From NCBI RefSeq assembly GCF_963921235.1, contig NC_086108.1, positions 100,442,001 through 100,506,000 on the forward strand: a DNA stretch of 64,000 nt, in the 5' to 3' direction. The stretch's first letter is position 1. Each line of letters begins with the position of its first letter. This DNA comes from Mobula hypostoma (Eukaryota). The translations under genes were made by a program, and so were the position numbers. The notes beneath the pieces were generated by a model. It was not told where the DNA came from. It ran no database searches and was given only the letters and a program-made list of their open reading frames with translations. Of the stretch, positions 24,001-37,057 are shown piece by piece.

Positions 24001-25732
24001 ATCGATGTACATTCTGTATGTACAGTTAGATGACAATAAACTTGAACCTGGACTGGAAAAAATACTTAACAGAAGATGGAAGTTATTTTGAATGGAGCAC
24101 TATAAGCTCATTAAGCATACTCAAGTGTGTTGTGATCCAGTAATGCTCAAAGCATGATTTCCACTCTGTCATGCTGCAGTCTTCCTCCCCCACCTCCGTC
24201 TGTTTAATGCTCATTCAGAGCCAATTCCTTTGGACGAATTTGTCATCAATAATTAAAAGAGAGAAAGCAAATAAGAAACCAAACACATAAGAACTTGCAA
24301 GTGGAGACCATATTGTTATTTATGTACAGTAAATTAAAGCTGAGTTTAAGAACTGATTGAATAAAGAATGCTGACAGAGAAAAGCCCTCCAGGAAGCTGA
24401 GCGGGTTGCTGTGAATCTTTGACAATACTTGTTTTTGTGCACTGATATGGTCACGTGAACTATGCTCACAGAGGTTGGTATATTCACCAGGAACTTAGTC
24501 ATGCTGAGCAGATCTGACACAAAATGTGCCTTACTGCACCAAAACAAACTGAAATGGCAGGTGATGTTATGCCACATTCATGCTGTAGCTCTGCTTTCTG
24601 ACGGGAAATACTTTCGATTCCCACCAAGATTGTGTATACAGTCAAAACGCAGAATCAAATGTTTACCCATCGTTGGAATGCGGAAGGTCCCCGTCTTCTT
24701 TACTTACAAACTTGGAGCAGGAGAAGGCCATTCAGCCCCTCAAACCTATTCCATTGTTCAATAAAATTATGCCTGTTGTGTTTGCAATGTCAGCCTCGCT
24801 TGCCATGAACTCTTCAGCTCTTGCTCTGCCGAGCTATCTCATTGTCACCTTTGCACTGTATTACCTGAAGCATTGGATAATGAGAGGAGATTTGATAGAA
24901 CTGTACAAAATTATGAGGAGTGCATGCAAGCAGGCCTTTTCCACCAAGGTTGGGTGAAATTTGAACTAGAGGTCACAGGTTAAGGATAAAATCTGAAATA
25001 TTTAAGGGGCCAAAGTGCCTGTTTCTGTGCTATGGTGCTCTATGACTCTATGACCCTGTCTGCTAGATTCCCCATTGCAGATTCAACGTTTCAAGTCCAA
25101 TTGTTGTTCACTCTCTTCCTGTTTCCACAGATGCTGCCTGACCTGCAGAGTGTTTCCAGCATCTTTTATTTTTATTTCAGATTTCCAACATCTGCAGTTT
25201 GTTTGATAGCCATTTTAACATTGATTTTTCAGTCGCTTCCTGGATCACAATGGTGCTTGTACTCAAAGTACTCAATGGCCTTAAGGTACATCAAGACATC
25301 ATGAGATTCGGAAAGGATTTCAATTCAATTCAAATCAATTCTAGTTTAATTGTCATGAATACCATACATGAATACCCATGAATACAGCCAGACAAGATAG
25401 TGGTACTCCTGGGCCAAGATACTAAACACAGTACCAACAGTCACACAGCGCAAAGCACATTTAGCATCTACAAGATAGCAAGCACATAAAGATACCAGTA
25501 AGATACAGCTACATGATAAAAGGAAGTCCAGACCCTGAGTCCATCAATGCTGCAGAAATCTGCAGTCAACCACAACACTGGGGGCAGCATCGAATCCAGT
25601 CTGGGTGCCACTTCACACTGCCCCTGGTGTGCACCTGCTCCGACACCTCCTTCCTGCCGGCTGTAAACAGGCAACACCACAGCTGAGGCCTAGTCATCAC
25701 ATATGCAAGATAGCAAGTGCATACAGGATATC

Positions 25733-26032
25733 CGTTAGTCTTGCAAGACCATGGATCTGCGCCTGGAAAGTCTTCACTCTCCAGAGCACAGGCCTGGGCA
25801 AGGTTGTATGGAAGACCAGCAGTTGCCCATGGTACAAGTCTCCCCTCTCCACGGCACCAATGTTGTTCAAGGGAAGGGCATTAGGACCCATACAGCTTGG
25901 CACCAGTGTCGTCGCAGAGCAATGTGTGATTAAGTGCCTTGCTCAAGGACACAACACGTGGCCTCGGCTGGGGCTCGAACTCACGACCTTCAGATCACTA
26001 GTCCAATGCCTTAACCACTTGGCCACGTGCCC
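25733..26032 (-). mobile_element. Second full-length copy of the ~300-bp tRNA-derived SINE
   Basis: Reverse complement of 23281-23581; flanks CATACAGGATATC (25720-25732) and CATATAGGATATC (26034-26046). Confidence 0.9.
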
Positions 26033-26667
26033 ACATATAGGATATCAGTAAAATACAATCACAGAAAAATATATATGGTCCAGACCCTGATTCCTTGAAT
26101 GCTGCAGAAATCTGCAGTCAGCCACAATACAGCCAAGTGAGCACACGGGTGGAGAGCCTGTACCAACTCCAGCCAGGATACCACGTCTTACATTGATACA
26201 GATTGCAAATCTTTTGATTATTTTCAAGTCAAGTCAAGTCAAGTCAAGTTTATTGTCATTTAACTATTTACATGTATACTGCCAAATGAGACACTGTTTC
26301 TCCAGTCCAGGGTATAAGGTACAGTAGTTCACATAACATACATGTAACACACAATAACTTAGGAAAGTAAGAACTGAATCTACAAATGAATTTCACATAG
26401 ATAAACAACATAGAATGGATAAACTAAACATTGCAGGGTACAGTACAAATTACCCCGTGGCACTTCAGTGATATAAATTCACACATTTAGATGACAGGTT
26501 TATAAGTGGCCACTTGACTCTGATACTATTAATGTGCATATAAACTCTGTATCAACAAAAAACTCCAAGAATCCTTTGTAATCAACACAAAAGCAAAAAG
26601 CGTATACTCAGTGGCCACTTTATTAGGTACACCAGTACACCTGCTCATTAAATGCAAATATCTAATC

Positions 26668-27840
26668 CAGCGGTCCCCAACTACCGGGCCACAGACCGGT
26701 ACCGGGCTGCAAAGCACGTGCTGCCGGGCCACGAGGAAACGATATGAGTCAGCTGCACCTTTCCTCATTCCCTGTCACGCCCTGTTGAGCTTGAACACAT
26801 GCGCGGTCATTACGCATGCGTCATCCATGTCAGCGCGAGAAGGAGATCACGGCGGGCTGAAAAGTACGTTTGACATAACATCTCTGCCGGCATTCTGGAT
26901 CAAAGTCAAGGCTAAATATCCTGGGATAGCCACGAAAGCACTGAAAACGTTGCTTCCATTTCCAACATATCTCTGCAATGAATGCAACGAAAACAAAATT
27001 GCGGAATAGACTGGACATAAGGAACTTCCCTCGAGTATCGCTGTCTCCCGTCACCCCTCAATGGGACCGTCTTGTTGCAGGAAAGCAAGCCCAGGGCTCC
27101 AACTGATTCAGCGATATTGGTACGTTGCAATGACTTTATATGTTCATACGGGGAAAATATGTGCTGTGTGTTTAATATCCAAACGTTACTTAAAATGTTA
27201 TTATGCTATTGACTTGCTATTGACTTATATAACCATATAACAATTACAGCATGGAAACAGGCCATCTCTGCCCTGCTAGTCTGTGCCGTACGCTACTCTC
27301 ACCTAGTCCCACCGACCTGCACTCAGCCCATAACCCTCCATTCCTTTCCTGTCTATATACCTGTCCAATTTTTCTTTAAATGATAATATCGAACATGCCT
27401 CTACCACTTCTACTGGAAGTTCGTTCAACACTTACTTCAAGCTCCCCTGTCCTCCCCTGATAATTGACTTATCACTATATTCATGTGAGGAAAATATGCG
27501 CTGTGTGTTTAATATTAAATTCGTTAGATAATCCCTTTTAGAAACGAAATTGAGTGTATTAGCCACTTATCACCTGTATTCCGGTCGTGATTAACACCCC
27601 CCCCCGCCCGAACAGAATCGCTAAAAACGATTTGTAGGGAAAAAAATCGGCACGTACACGCAGGCGCACTGGTGCCTGTGCAATGCTTCATGGTCATTGT
27701 AGTCTTTCTCTGGGTAAACCCAACGTACTTGACTGCTACTCTTGTCCATTGGCAGCCCTACCCACCCCCTGTTGGCCGGTCCGCAAGAATATTGTCAATA
27801 TTAAACTGGTCCGCAATGCAAAAAAGGTTGGGGACCCCTG
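26668..27840 (+). mobile_element. Non-autonomous hAT (Buster/Charlie-type) transposon nested in the Tc1
   Basis: TIRs CAGCGGTCCCCAAC and GTTGGGGACCCCTG; perfect 8-bp TSD ATCTAATC with central TA; dimerisation-domain remnant SLPAFWIKVKAKYPGIATKALKTLLPFPTYLC. Confidence 0.95.
27231..27427 (-). mobile_element. CR1 3' end inside the hAT element
   Basis: Reverse complement of ~16860-17060. Confidence 0.85.
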
Positions 27841-28576
27841 ATCTAATCAGTCAGTCATGTGGCAGCAACTCAATGTATAAAAGCATGCAGATGTGGTCAA
27901 GAGATTCAGAATGGGGAAGAAATATCGTCTAAGTGACTTGGACCTTGAAATGATTATTGGTGCCAGGCAGGGTGGTTTGAGTATCTCAGAAACTGCTGAC
28001 CCTCTGGAATTTTCAAGCACAAAGTCTCCAGAGTTTACAGAGAGAAAAAAATACAGAGTTTGCAAAAATATCCAGTGAGCAGGAAATCTGTGAGCAAAAA
28101 TGCCTTGCTACTGAGAGAGGTCAGACTAGTTCAAGCTGACAGGAAGAAGACAGTAATTCTAATATCATGTGTTACAACAATATCATGCAGAAAGGTATCT
28201 CTAAATGCACAACACATCGAACTTTGCAGTGGATGGGTTACAGCAGCAGAAGACCATGAACATATACTCAGTGGTCACTTTAGTAGGTACAGGGAGTACC
28301 TAATAAACTGGCCACTGAATATATAACCACATAGAGCTATTAAGGCCATTCTTTGCTGTGAGTCTATACTATCTCCTTGGAGCAGCAGTCCAGTTAGTCA
28401 CAATCTTCCACTCCCTCCAAATGAAGAGACTTGGCCAGAACATCCACAGTTTATCCCCTCCTTAGATGCTGCCTGACCTATTGACTTCCTCCAGCATTTT
28501 GTGTATGTTACTTCCACTCTCTCTGTAACTCATTTTGCCATTAAGCACTGATGTAACTCTCTTCTGCTGGTTGGTC

Positions 28577-29228
28577 CTATAAGACCATACGACATAGGAG
28601 CAGAATTATGGCATTTGGTCCATTGAATCTGCTCTGCCATTCCATCACGACTGATTCATTATCCCTCTCAACCTCATTCTCCTGCCTTCTCCCTATAACC
28701 TTTGACACTATTACTAATCAAGAAATGTCTTTAAATATACCCAATGACTTGGCTTCTACAGACCTCTATGGCAACGAGTTCCCACCACCCTCTGGCTAAT
28801 GAACTTGCTCCTCATCTATATTCTGCAGGGACATCCTTGTGTTTTGAGGGTGTGCCCTCTGACCCTAGAATCTCGCACTATGGGAAACATCCTTTCCACG
28901 TTCACTCTGAGCTGTTTAAAATTCGATAAGTTTCAATGGGATTCCCCTGATTCTGCTAAACTCCAGAGAGTGCAAGCGCAGTGACATCATACACTCCTCA
29001 TACTTCAACCCTTTCAATTCCAGGATCATTCTCATGGACTTCTTCTGGACTCTCTCCAATGTCAGCATGCCTTTTCTTAGATAAATAACCCAACATTTCT
29101 CACAATATTCCAAGTGTGGTCTAACCAACACCTTATAAAGCCTCGGAATTACATTCTAGTTCACTTGAAATAAATGCTAATGTTGTATTTGCCATCCTTA
29201 CCACTGACTCAGCCTGTAAGTTTACCTT
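28577..29228 (-). mobile_element. CR1 LINE 3' fragment
   Basis: LVRPHLEYCE..LERVQ..LHSLEF. Confidence 0.85.
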
Positions 29229-30636
29229 TAGTACTAATAACCTTAGAACTTTTTCTAGTGAAAAGAGAGCACGGCCTGGTTAGTGGGGGTCCTTGATGAT
29301 GGATGCTGCTTTCTTGTGGCCTCATCTGCAGGTTCTTTATAATGTCCCAATCAGGCAGATGGAAGTCCTGCTGACCATGACAGAAAAATAATCTCCATTC
29401 ATGCTGAGGAAAACTGGAACGTACAGTCAGAGAAGCATTAAGATGAAGTGCCATAGAAACATAACAGCAAACCATTCTGTAATAAGAGATTCTGCCGAAA
29501 GGGTCAAGAGCCTTTTGGTGTCGATTAGTTGCCACCTGGAGATTATTTTCAATGTTTGCTTCAATGAGTTCCAAGGGTACAATGGCACTAGATTTATAAA
29601 TACAGGATCAAGTAGGAGATTACCGGATTTCCTCAGAAATATTAAATGTTCTGTAATTAAAACTGGAAATGAATTCTCCCTGTTCACTGCTGAGGACAGT
29701 CATCTCTGTGCAACCTTCTCATGACCCACTTATTCCGAAGTAACTCAAATTACTTTCCAAGGCTACTTCACGTGATTAAGGAGTTGAGCCAAAAATAAAA
29801 TAGAAAATTAAAAGCCACAAACTGGATGACTAACATAAAGAAAGCACACAGTAAAAGGCCAAAGATTGCAAGACTTTATATGGAGTTGCATAAATGACCT
29901 CGATCTCTTCACAAAAGTGTGAAGGTGATTCATTTTGTAAGGTTGAATTTGAAGGCAGAATACTGGGTTAATGGCAAGATTCTTAGCAGCGTGGAGGAAC
30001 AAAGGGAGCTTGGGGTCCACGTCCTCGAAGTTGTTATGTAAGTTGATAGGTTAGTGTTGTTGGAGAAAAGAATAGTGAGGGTTAATGAGGGTAAACAGAG
30101 ATGTGGATTGTGTTACAATGGTAATAGGGAACCACAGGCAAAAGTAGAGACATGGAATATAGCAGCATATCAGGAACCTCATTGATTATGTTATAGCGTG
30201 CACACATTTTATAATAGAATATTGTACCTGTGGAAAATCATTTTTTTCGTATCAGGCCTTCACCTGTTACTTAATTAAGTCTTCCTGTCGCCACAATTCT
30301 GTTATCAAAGTGTACTTTTACTGGTATTCTCATCAACTGAGGATGTAAAATTAGTACCAAATTCATGCTCAGTAGATCAGCATTAACTGGTCTCCTGATG
30401 TGCAGCAGTTCTTTTTTAATAAAATAGCCTGTTATTTCTAACACCAATTCCGTGTGATCTCTCAGTTTGCTCCTACAGGTGGTTAAGAAAGTGTATAGTA
30501 TGTTGGCCTTCATTAGTCAGGGGAATGAAACCAAGAGCCACAAGGTAATGTTGCAGCTCTATAAAACTCTGGTTAGAACACACTTGGAATGTTGGGTTCA
30601 GTTCTGGTCACGTCATTATAGGAAAGATGTGGAAGT

Positions 30637-31071
30637 TGTTGTGTATTTAATATTTCAATAATATTTGAGTAATATTGTAAATACACTGTTTGATTAAACA
30701 TTCTTGTTCACTTAAATAAATCATTACAGGTTATATGTAAAAACACATGAATTGCATACATCATGACACTACCATGTGATACGTTTGTGCCCCACTTAAA
30801 GTAAAAGCAAACTTAGACTCACATTCTGGACTCTCCATCTTTTCCTTTCAATTAGTTCTTATGTTTTGAAGTTAGGAAACATAACAGTGGTGACGAGGTA
30901 TTTTTAAAATGAACCCGAGACAATCAACTACGTATTGAAGCGCAGCGAGACGTTCAAGTTAAAAAAAAGCAGCAGGGCACGTATCTCTTCAGAAGAGAGA
31001 GAGAGAACACTGTGAATTTTTTAAAAAGGGCAGAAATATCTGCAAAAATATTTGAGTTACAAAACATGACA
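30637..31071 (+). mobile_element. Internally deleted Gypsy-like LTR element (250-bp LTR, PBS, leader, end of second LTR)
   Basis: TGTTGTGT...ACATAACA (30637-30886) followed by a PBS-like TGGTGACGAGG (30888-30898); an LTR-end-like TTTGAGTTACAAAACATGACA recurs at 31051-31071; interrupts a CR1 fragment. Confidence 0.7.
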
Positions 31072-31723
31072 GGTTTCAAGAGGAGGAAACCACAGGTCCT
31101 CTAGCTCAATGGGGAATCAGAGCTGGAGAGTGTCAGCAACTTTAAATTCCTTGGCGTTATCATTTCAGAGTACGTGCCCTGGGTTCAGCACGCAAGTGCC
31201 ATTACAAAGACAGCACAGCAGCACCTCTACTTTCATAGAGGTTTGTGAAGGTTCAGCATGTCACCTAAAACTTTGTCAAACTTCTTTAAATGTGCGGTGG
31301 GGGCTTTATTGACTGCTCGCATCACAGCCTGGTATGGAAACACCAAAGCCCTTGAGTGGAAAAGTAGTGGATACAGCCCAGTCCATCATTGATAAAGCCC
31401 TCCCCACCATTGAGCACTTCTATATGAAGTGCTGTCGCAGGATTATGGTATCCATCATCAAGGACCCCCACCATCCAGGATACTTTCAAGGACCCTTCAT
31501 CTGATTTTCTCAATATTTATTGCTTATTTATTTATTATTACAATTTTTGTTTCTCTGTATTTACTGTGAATGCCCAAAAGAAGATCAATCTTAGAGTTGT
31601 ATATGATGACATATATGTACTTTGATACTTTGAATTTTGAAAAGATAAACACAACATCTTGGGCCAAAAGCCTTGTACTGTGCTGTACTGTTCTATGCTC
31701 TATGTTGCTGGTTGGACATACTT

Positions 31724-32005
31724 AAAACTTCATACTTTATTGTCACCAAACAATTGATACTAGAGCGTACAATCATCACAGCGATATTTGATTCTGCGCT
31801 TCCCGCTCCCTGGATTACAAATCGATAGTAATTATTAAAAATTTAAATTATAAATCATAAATTGAAAATAGAAAATGGGAAGTAAGGTAGTGCAAAAAAA
31901 ACCAAGAGGCAGGTCCGTATATTTGGAGGGTACGGCCCAGATCCGGGTCAGGATCTGTTCAGCAGTCTTATCACAGTTGGAAAGAAGCTGTTTCCAAATC
32001 TGGCT
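31724..32005 (-). mobile_element. Rex/Babar-type LINE 3' end (same family as 14138-14848)
   Basis: [17 protein letters not shown] and a near-identical 3' UTR. Confidence 0.9.
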
Positions 32006-32409
32006 GTAAATGAGCCCAAATATCCATGCCTTGATTCTTGTACCAAGGGAAAACATGGCAGAACCAAGATGGGTTGTTGTACTGGCCCACATGGGCCTCC
32101 ATGCAAGTGGAGAGCTCTGTCTGGAGACGTCAGACCCAATGTGGTGACTGATAATTCTATCTCAAAAAGGCTTCAGACTCTGAGTACATTCGGTCAAGAA
32201 CAGCAGTCCAGGATGTCCTGAAGATTAGATGCCGGAGTGTCTCACTGTCCGCTCCATGGCTGGACTCCCCACTGATCCCAGTACAGAGCAGTGCTTGAGT
32301 GAAGAGAGGGGCCTAGTGCCCTTTGTACCAAGTCCACAGTTTTACAGAAGTGAGATGGCAGACAAACACAGACCTAATTCATTCAAATACATTCACTGAT
32401 GGTAATTGT

Positions 32410-34060
32410 TACAGATTTGTCAGCCAAGACTTCCCCTTAAGGAAACCATGCTGACTTCTGCCAACTTAATCATGTACTTCCAAGTACACCAAAACTTCAT
32501 CCTTAAAAATGGATTTCAATATATTCCCAGGCTAACTGGCCTGTAACTTCCTTAATTTTTCTTCCTTCACTTCTTAAAGAGTGGAGTGACATTCATAATT
32601 TTCCAGTATTTGGAACAATTCCAGAATCTATTGATTCTTGAACTATCATTACTAATGCCTCCACAATCTTTTCAACCACCTCTTTCAGAATCCTGGTAGC
32701 TTCCATTCTTAAGGACCTCCAGCACCCAGGGCATGCCCTGCTCTCACTGTTACCATCAGGTAGGAGATACAGAAGCCTGAAGGCACACACTCAGCAATTC
32801 AGGAACAGCTTCTTCCCCTCTGCCATCCGATTCCTAAATGGACATTGAACCCTTGGACACTACCTCACTTTTTAAAAAATATATAGTATTTCTGATTTTT
32901 GCGCATTTTTAATCTATTCAATATATGCATACTGTAATTGATTTACTTATTTATTATTAATACTATTTTATTTTTTTCTTCTATATTAAGTATTGCATTG
33001 AACTGTTGCTGCTAAGTTAACAAATTTCACGTTACATGCCCGTGATAATAAACCTGATTCTGATTCTGAATCTGTAGTCCAAATGGTCCTGATGACTTAC
33101 CTACCTTCAGACATTTCAGCTTCCCAAGCACCTTCCCTTTAGTACAGCAACTCTCCTCACTTCTGCCTCTTTACGCTTTCAAATTTCTGGCATACTGCTG
33201 GTGTCTTCCACAGTAAAACTGACACAAAATACCTCCTGAGTTCAGTCACCATTTCTTTGCCCCCATTACGACCTTCCCAGCAGTATTTTCCAGATATCCG
33301 ATATCCACTTTCATTTCTCTTTTACTCTTTACATATCTGAAAGAAACCCCTTGCATCCTCTTTCATATTATTGACTAGCTTACCTTCAAATTTCATCTTT
33401 TCTTTCTTTACTGCTTTTTAGTTGCCTTTTGTTGGCTTTTAAGAGCTTTCCAGTCCTCTAGCTACACAGTAATTTTTGCCATATTGTATAGCCTCTCTTG
33501 CTTTTGTGCAGTCTTTACTTCCCTTGGTTGCCTCATCCTCTCTATAGAATACTTCTTCTTTGCACCTTCGGAATTGTTCTCAAAATCTCCAGCCATTTCT
33601 GTTCTGCCATCATCCCTGTTAGTGTCTCCTTCCAATCAACTTCGGCCAGCTCCTCTCTCATGCTTCTGTAATTCCCTTTACTCCATTGTAATACTGATAA
33701 TCTGATTTTAGCTTCTCCCACTCAAACTGCAAATGTGAATTTTATCATATTATGACCACTGCCTCCTAAGGGTACCTTTACATTAAGCTACCTAATCAAA
33801 TTTGGTTCATTACACAACAATGCCCTTTTCCTAGCAAATTCAACCACAAGCTACCCTAAAAATCCATCTTGTAGACATTCTACAAATTCTTTCTCTTAGG
33901 ATCCAGCACCAACCTAATATTCTCAACTTACCTGCATATTGAAATCCCACATGACTATTGTACAATTGCCGTTTTTACGTGTTTTTTCTATTTGTATCCC
34001 ACATCCTGGCTACTGTTCACAGACCTGTGCATAACACCCATCAGTTTCTTAACTCTATCA
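32410..34060 (-). mobile_element. CR1 LINE internal ORF2 fragments, degenerate
   Basis: RILKEVVEKIVEALVMIVQESIDSGIVP, QHGFLKG and VGDFN-like sequence on the minus strand. Confidence 0.8.
32700..33069 (+). mobile_element. Rex/Babar-type LINE 3' end nested in a CR1
   Basis: SILKDLQHPGHALLSLLPSGRRYRSL; AATAAA and (CTGATT)n tail. Confidence 0.85.
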
Positions 34061-35019
34061 ACAATGCTGCTACTGCTGCCATATGTTCTTAACCAGTGAA
34101 GAAGCTATCCCTGCACGGCCAAAGCACGTGGCGAAGTTGCTTGTCCTCACTAACCAAGCGTTATTCTAGCTACTCTGGCTAAGATTAATTTAACCAGATG
34201 TCAAATCTGGGATCTCCCAGTCAATCTGACATGACTCTATTCCACCACAATGCCATTACCAGCTTGTTGAACCAAAAGTGTCCATCCATCATACTTGATA
34301 CAAGATTCATGAATATAAAAAAAGGGAACATTTTAACTTCAGTAGTTTTCGTTTAATCAGCTGCTGAGACAAACAGAGTTTATCAGATAGGATTTTTTGC
34401 CTTTAATTAACAGGTGAACGTAAATCTCTTAATTATAATGCTGCAGAGCCTTTTAAGATTGAATCTTATCTGGCAGTTGGGAAAAACAATATTATCTCAA
34501 GTAGATTGATATCTATAATCAAATCTAGGTTAATGCATAACAGAGGGAATTTTCCAAATTTGCACTTCTGGCAGGGATCCTCCAGTGTACAAGGAACAAG
34601 ACACAAACCACAAATGACAGGTGGATAGGGTCAATGCTCACAGTCTCTTTCCCAGGGCTGGGGAATCAAAAACTAGAGGGCATTGGCTTAATGTGAGAGG
34701 GAAAAGACTTATTAGGAACCTGAGGGACAACTTTTATACCCAAGATGTGGTACAACCAGAGATATTTTCTCAGGACAGAAATGGCTAATAGGAAGGGGTA
34801 TAATTTTCAGGTGATTGGACAAAAGCATATGGGGGATGTGAAAGGTAGATTTTTTTTACAGCAAGAGTGGTGGGCATATGAAACACTCTGCCATGGCTGG
34901 TGATAGAGGCAGATACATTAAGGACATTTGAATCTCTTGGGTAGGTACATGGATTTAAAAAAATGGAAGGCTATGGGGGGGTGGGGAGGGTTAGATTGAT
35001 CTTAGAATAGGTTGAAGCT

Positions 35020-35420
35020 TCTGCCCTCCAAGAGGACCACACCTTGTCATAGGGTTTGGAGGCCTGTGTAGCTGGAGTCAAGACTTCATGCTTTGGCTCT
35101 TGGTAGCGTCACCCATGCCAAACAGGTCAAAGGGTAGAGGTCAGACTAGTAGAGATCCACCAGCCCTCCAGGTTCAGCGTTTCAGCTCAGGGCTAACAAC
35201 CCTGACCGGTCAAACACAATTGTTACAGAAACAGCAATGAAGAATCCTTCTACATCTGAGTTCAATGGTATTCCGGGTCTCCACCCGGGACTTACACGAG
35301 TGACACGCAAGTCTTTTGGTAGTGAAAACCAAGAGGAAGCTACTGACATGATGAACACTACCAGGGATGGAGGACCTTCATTGCTGCCATAAATCCCAGC
35401 ACCCTAACAGGCAGCGAGTA
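35020..35420 (+). mobile_element. Non-coding bipartite RTE-like retroposon
   Basis: CACCTTGTCATAGGG...GTCACCCATGCCAAACAGGTC resembles RTE/Expander 5' UTRs as I recall them; joined to a short GTAAG-type 3' end; interrupts a CR1 3' UTR. Confidence 0.45.
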
Positions 35421-35934
35421 AGTTAAGTGTCAGCAAGACATCATGGGCTTGATGTCCTGTAGTGTGCTGTACTTTTCTATTTGGAATGAGCTGCCATAGG
35501 ATGTGGTTGAGGTAGATACAATGCTATCTGGTAAAAGGCATTTGGACAATTATTCAGATAGGAATGGTTCAGAAGGTTACATGTCAAATGCTGGAAAATA
35601 GGACTTCGCTGAATGAGACATCTTTATACGTTATACATTATTGTCGCCAAACAATTGATACTAGAGCGTACAATCATCACAGCGATATTTGACTCTGCTC
35701 TTCATGCTCCCTGGAGTACAAATCAATAGTAAATATTAAAAGCCAGATAGTCCTGATGAAGGGTCTCAGCGCAAAGCATTGACTATACTCTTTTCCATGG
35801 ACGCTGCCTGGCCTGCTGAGTTTCTCCAGGACTTTGTGTGCGTTGCTCGGATTTCCAGCATCTGCAGATTTTCCCTTCTTTGTGATTGGGTTGAAAGGTC
35901 TTTTTCTGTGCTGTATGGTTCTATAGCTCTAAAC

Positions 35935-36015
35935 CAGGGGTTCCCAATCTGGGGTCCACAGACCCCCTTGGTTAATGGTAGCGGTCCGTGGCATAAAAAA
36001 TGTTGGGATCTCCTG
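35935..36015. mobile_element. 81-bp hAT MITE
   Basis: TIRs CAGGGGTTCCCAA and TTGGGATCTCCTG; 8-bp flanks CTCTAAAC and CTCTATGC with central TA. Confidence 0.8.
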
Positions 36016-36589
36016 CTCTATGCAGTGAGATAGAACAGAACCTACTTCAAGATAATCCCATATCGATTGTGATCACACAGTTACTGATCTATTCTGATAC
36101 TGACATCACACCGCTCTGTTCCGCAATGCAGTGTCAACACTTATCAACTAAATTTCTCTTGGAGGTGTAAATTTCTCTTCCTATGGAGGTGCTAATAGGG
36201 GCCAGGCTAGTTAGAGGAACAGAAGTTGGATAACTCGCTTATGACTTGTTCCTGTTGGAGACACCAATAGAACAACCGCACCCACTACTGGACATTGCCA
36301 TGAGATCTTTATGATTGTTCTCCACCATTTAATACCACCATGGTCGATCATCACTCTCAATTCCCACCTCTCTCTCCATCCCACCCCCAACTCCAGTGTA
36401 ATTTGTGTCTGAACCCTCTAACAAATCAGCATTGGAGTGGCAGTCTGAATGCTCTGCATAGCTCTAGACTGAACCTCTAAGTTCAGGCATCAGGACCTGA
36501 ATGTAAGGAAGTCACTATTGGTGAACGTTAAGTTCATTTGAGTGTTTTGCACTTTCCCAAGCCAATGTGCACTCAACGTACTTATGCTC

Positions 36590-37057
36590 ATGGTCAACTG
36601 CTGCTGTAGCCCACCTATTTAAAGTTTAGACGTGCTGTGCGTTCAGAGATGCTCTTCTGCACACCACTGTTGTAACATGTGTTTAACTGACTTACTGTCA
36701 TCTCCCTGTCAGCTTGAACCAGTCTGGCCATTCTCCTCTGACCTCGCTCAATAACAAGGCATTTTCACCAGAATTTTTTTTTGCACCTTTCTCTGTAAAC
36801 TCTAGATACTGTTGTGCATGAAAATTCTGGAAGATCAGCAGTTTCTGAGATACTCAAACCATCACGTTTGGCACCAACAATCACTCCATGGTCAAAGTCA
36901 CTTGGATCACATTTCCTCTCCATTCTGATGTTTGGTCTGAATAACTGAACCTCTTGACCATGTCTCCATGCTTTTATGCATTGAGTTGCTTTCACGTGAT
37001 AGGCTGATTGTATATTCGGAGGTGTACAGGTGTACCCTATAAAGTGGCCACTGAATG
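36590..37057 (-). mobile_element. Tc1/mariner fragment (same family as 26605-28321)
   Basis: MERKCDPSDFDHGVIVGAKRDGLSISETAD..TTVSRVYRE; TIR ...AAAGTGGCCACTGAATG followed by TA. Confidence 0.9.

Larger units (their letters stand above)
26605..28321 (+). mobile_element. Internally deleted Tc1/mariner transposon
   Basis: TA-flanked TIRs TACTCAGTGGCCACTTTATTAGGTAC and GTACCTAATAAACTGGCCACTGAATA; HTH remnant MGKK..LSD..MIIGARQGGLSISETAD at 27893-28078. Confidence 0.9.

Noticed and set aside
29209..29724. Overlapping 86-121-aa ORFs
   Set aside because: No recognisable domain, partly read through LINE fragments, and no splice support
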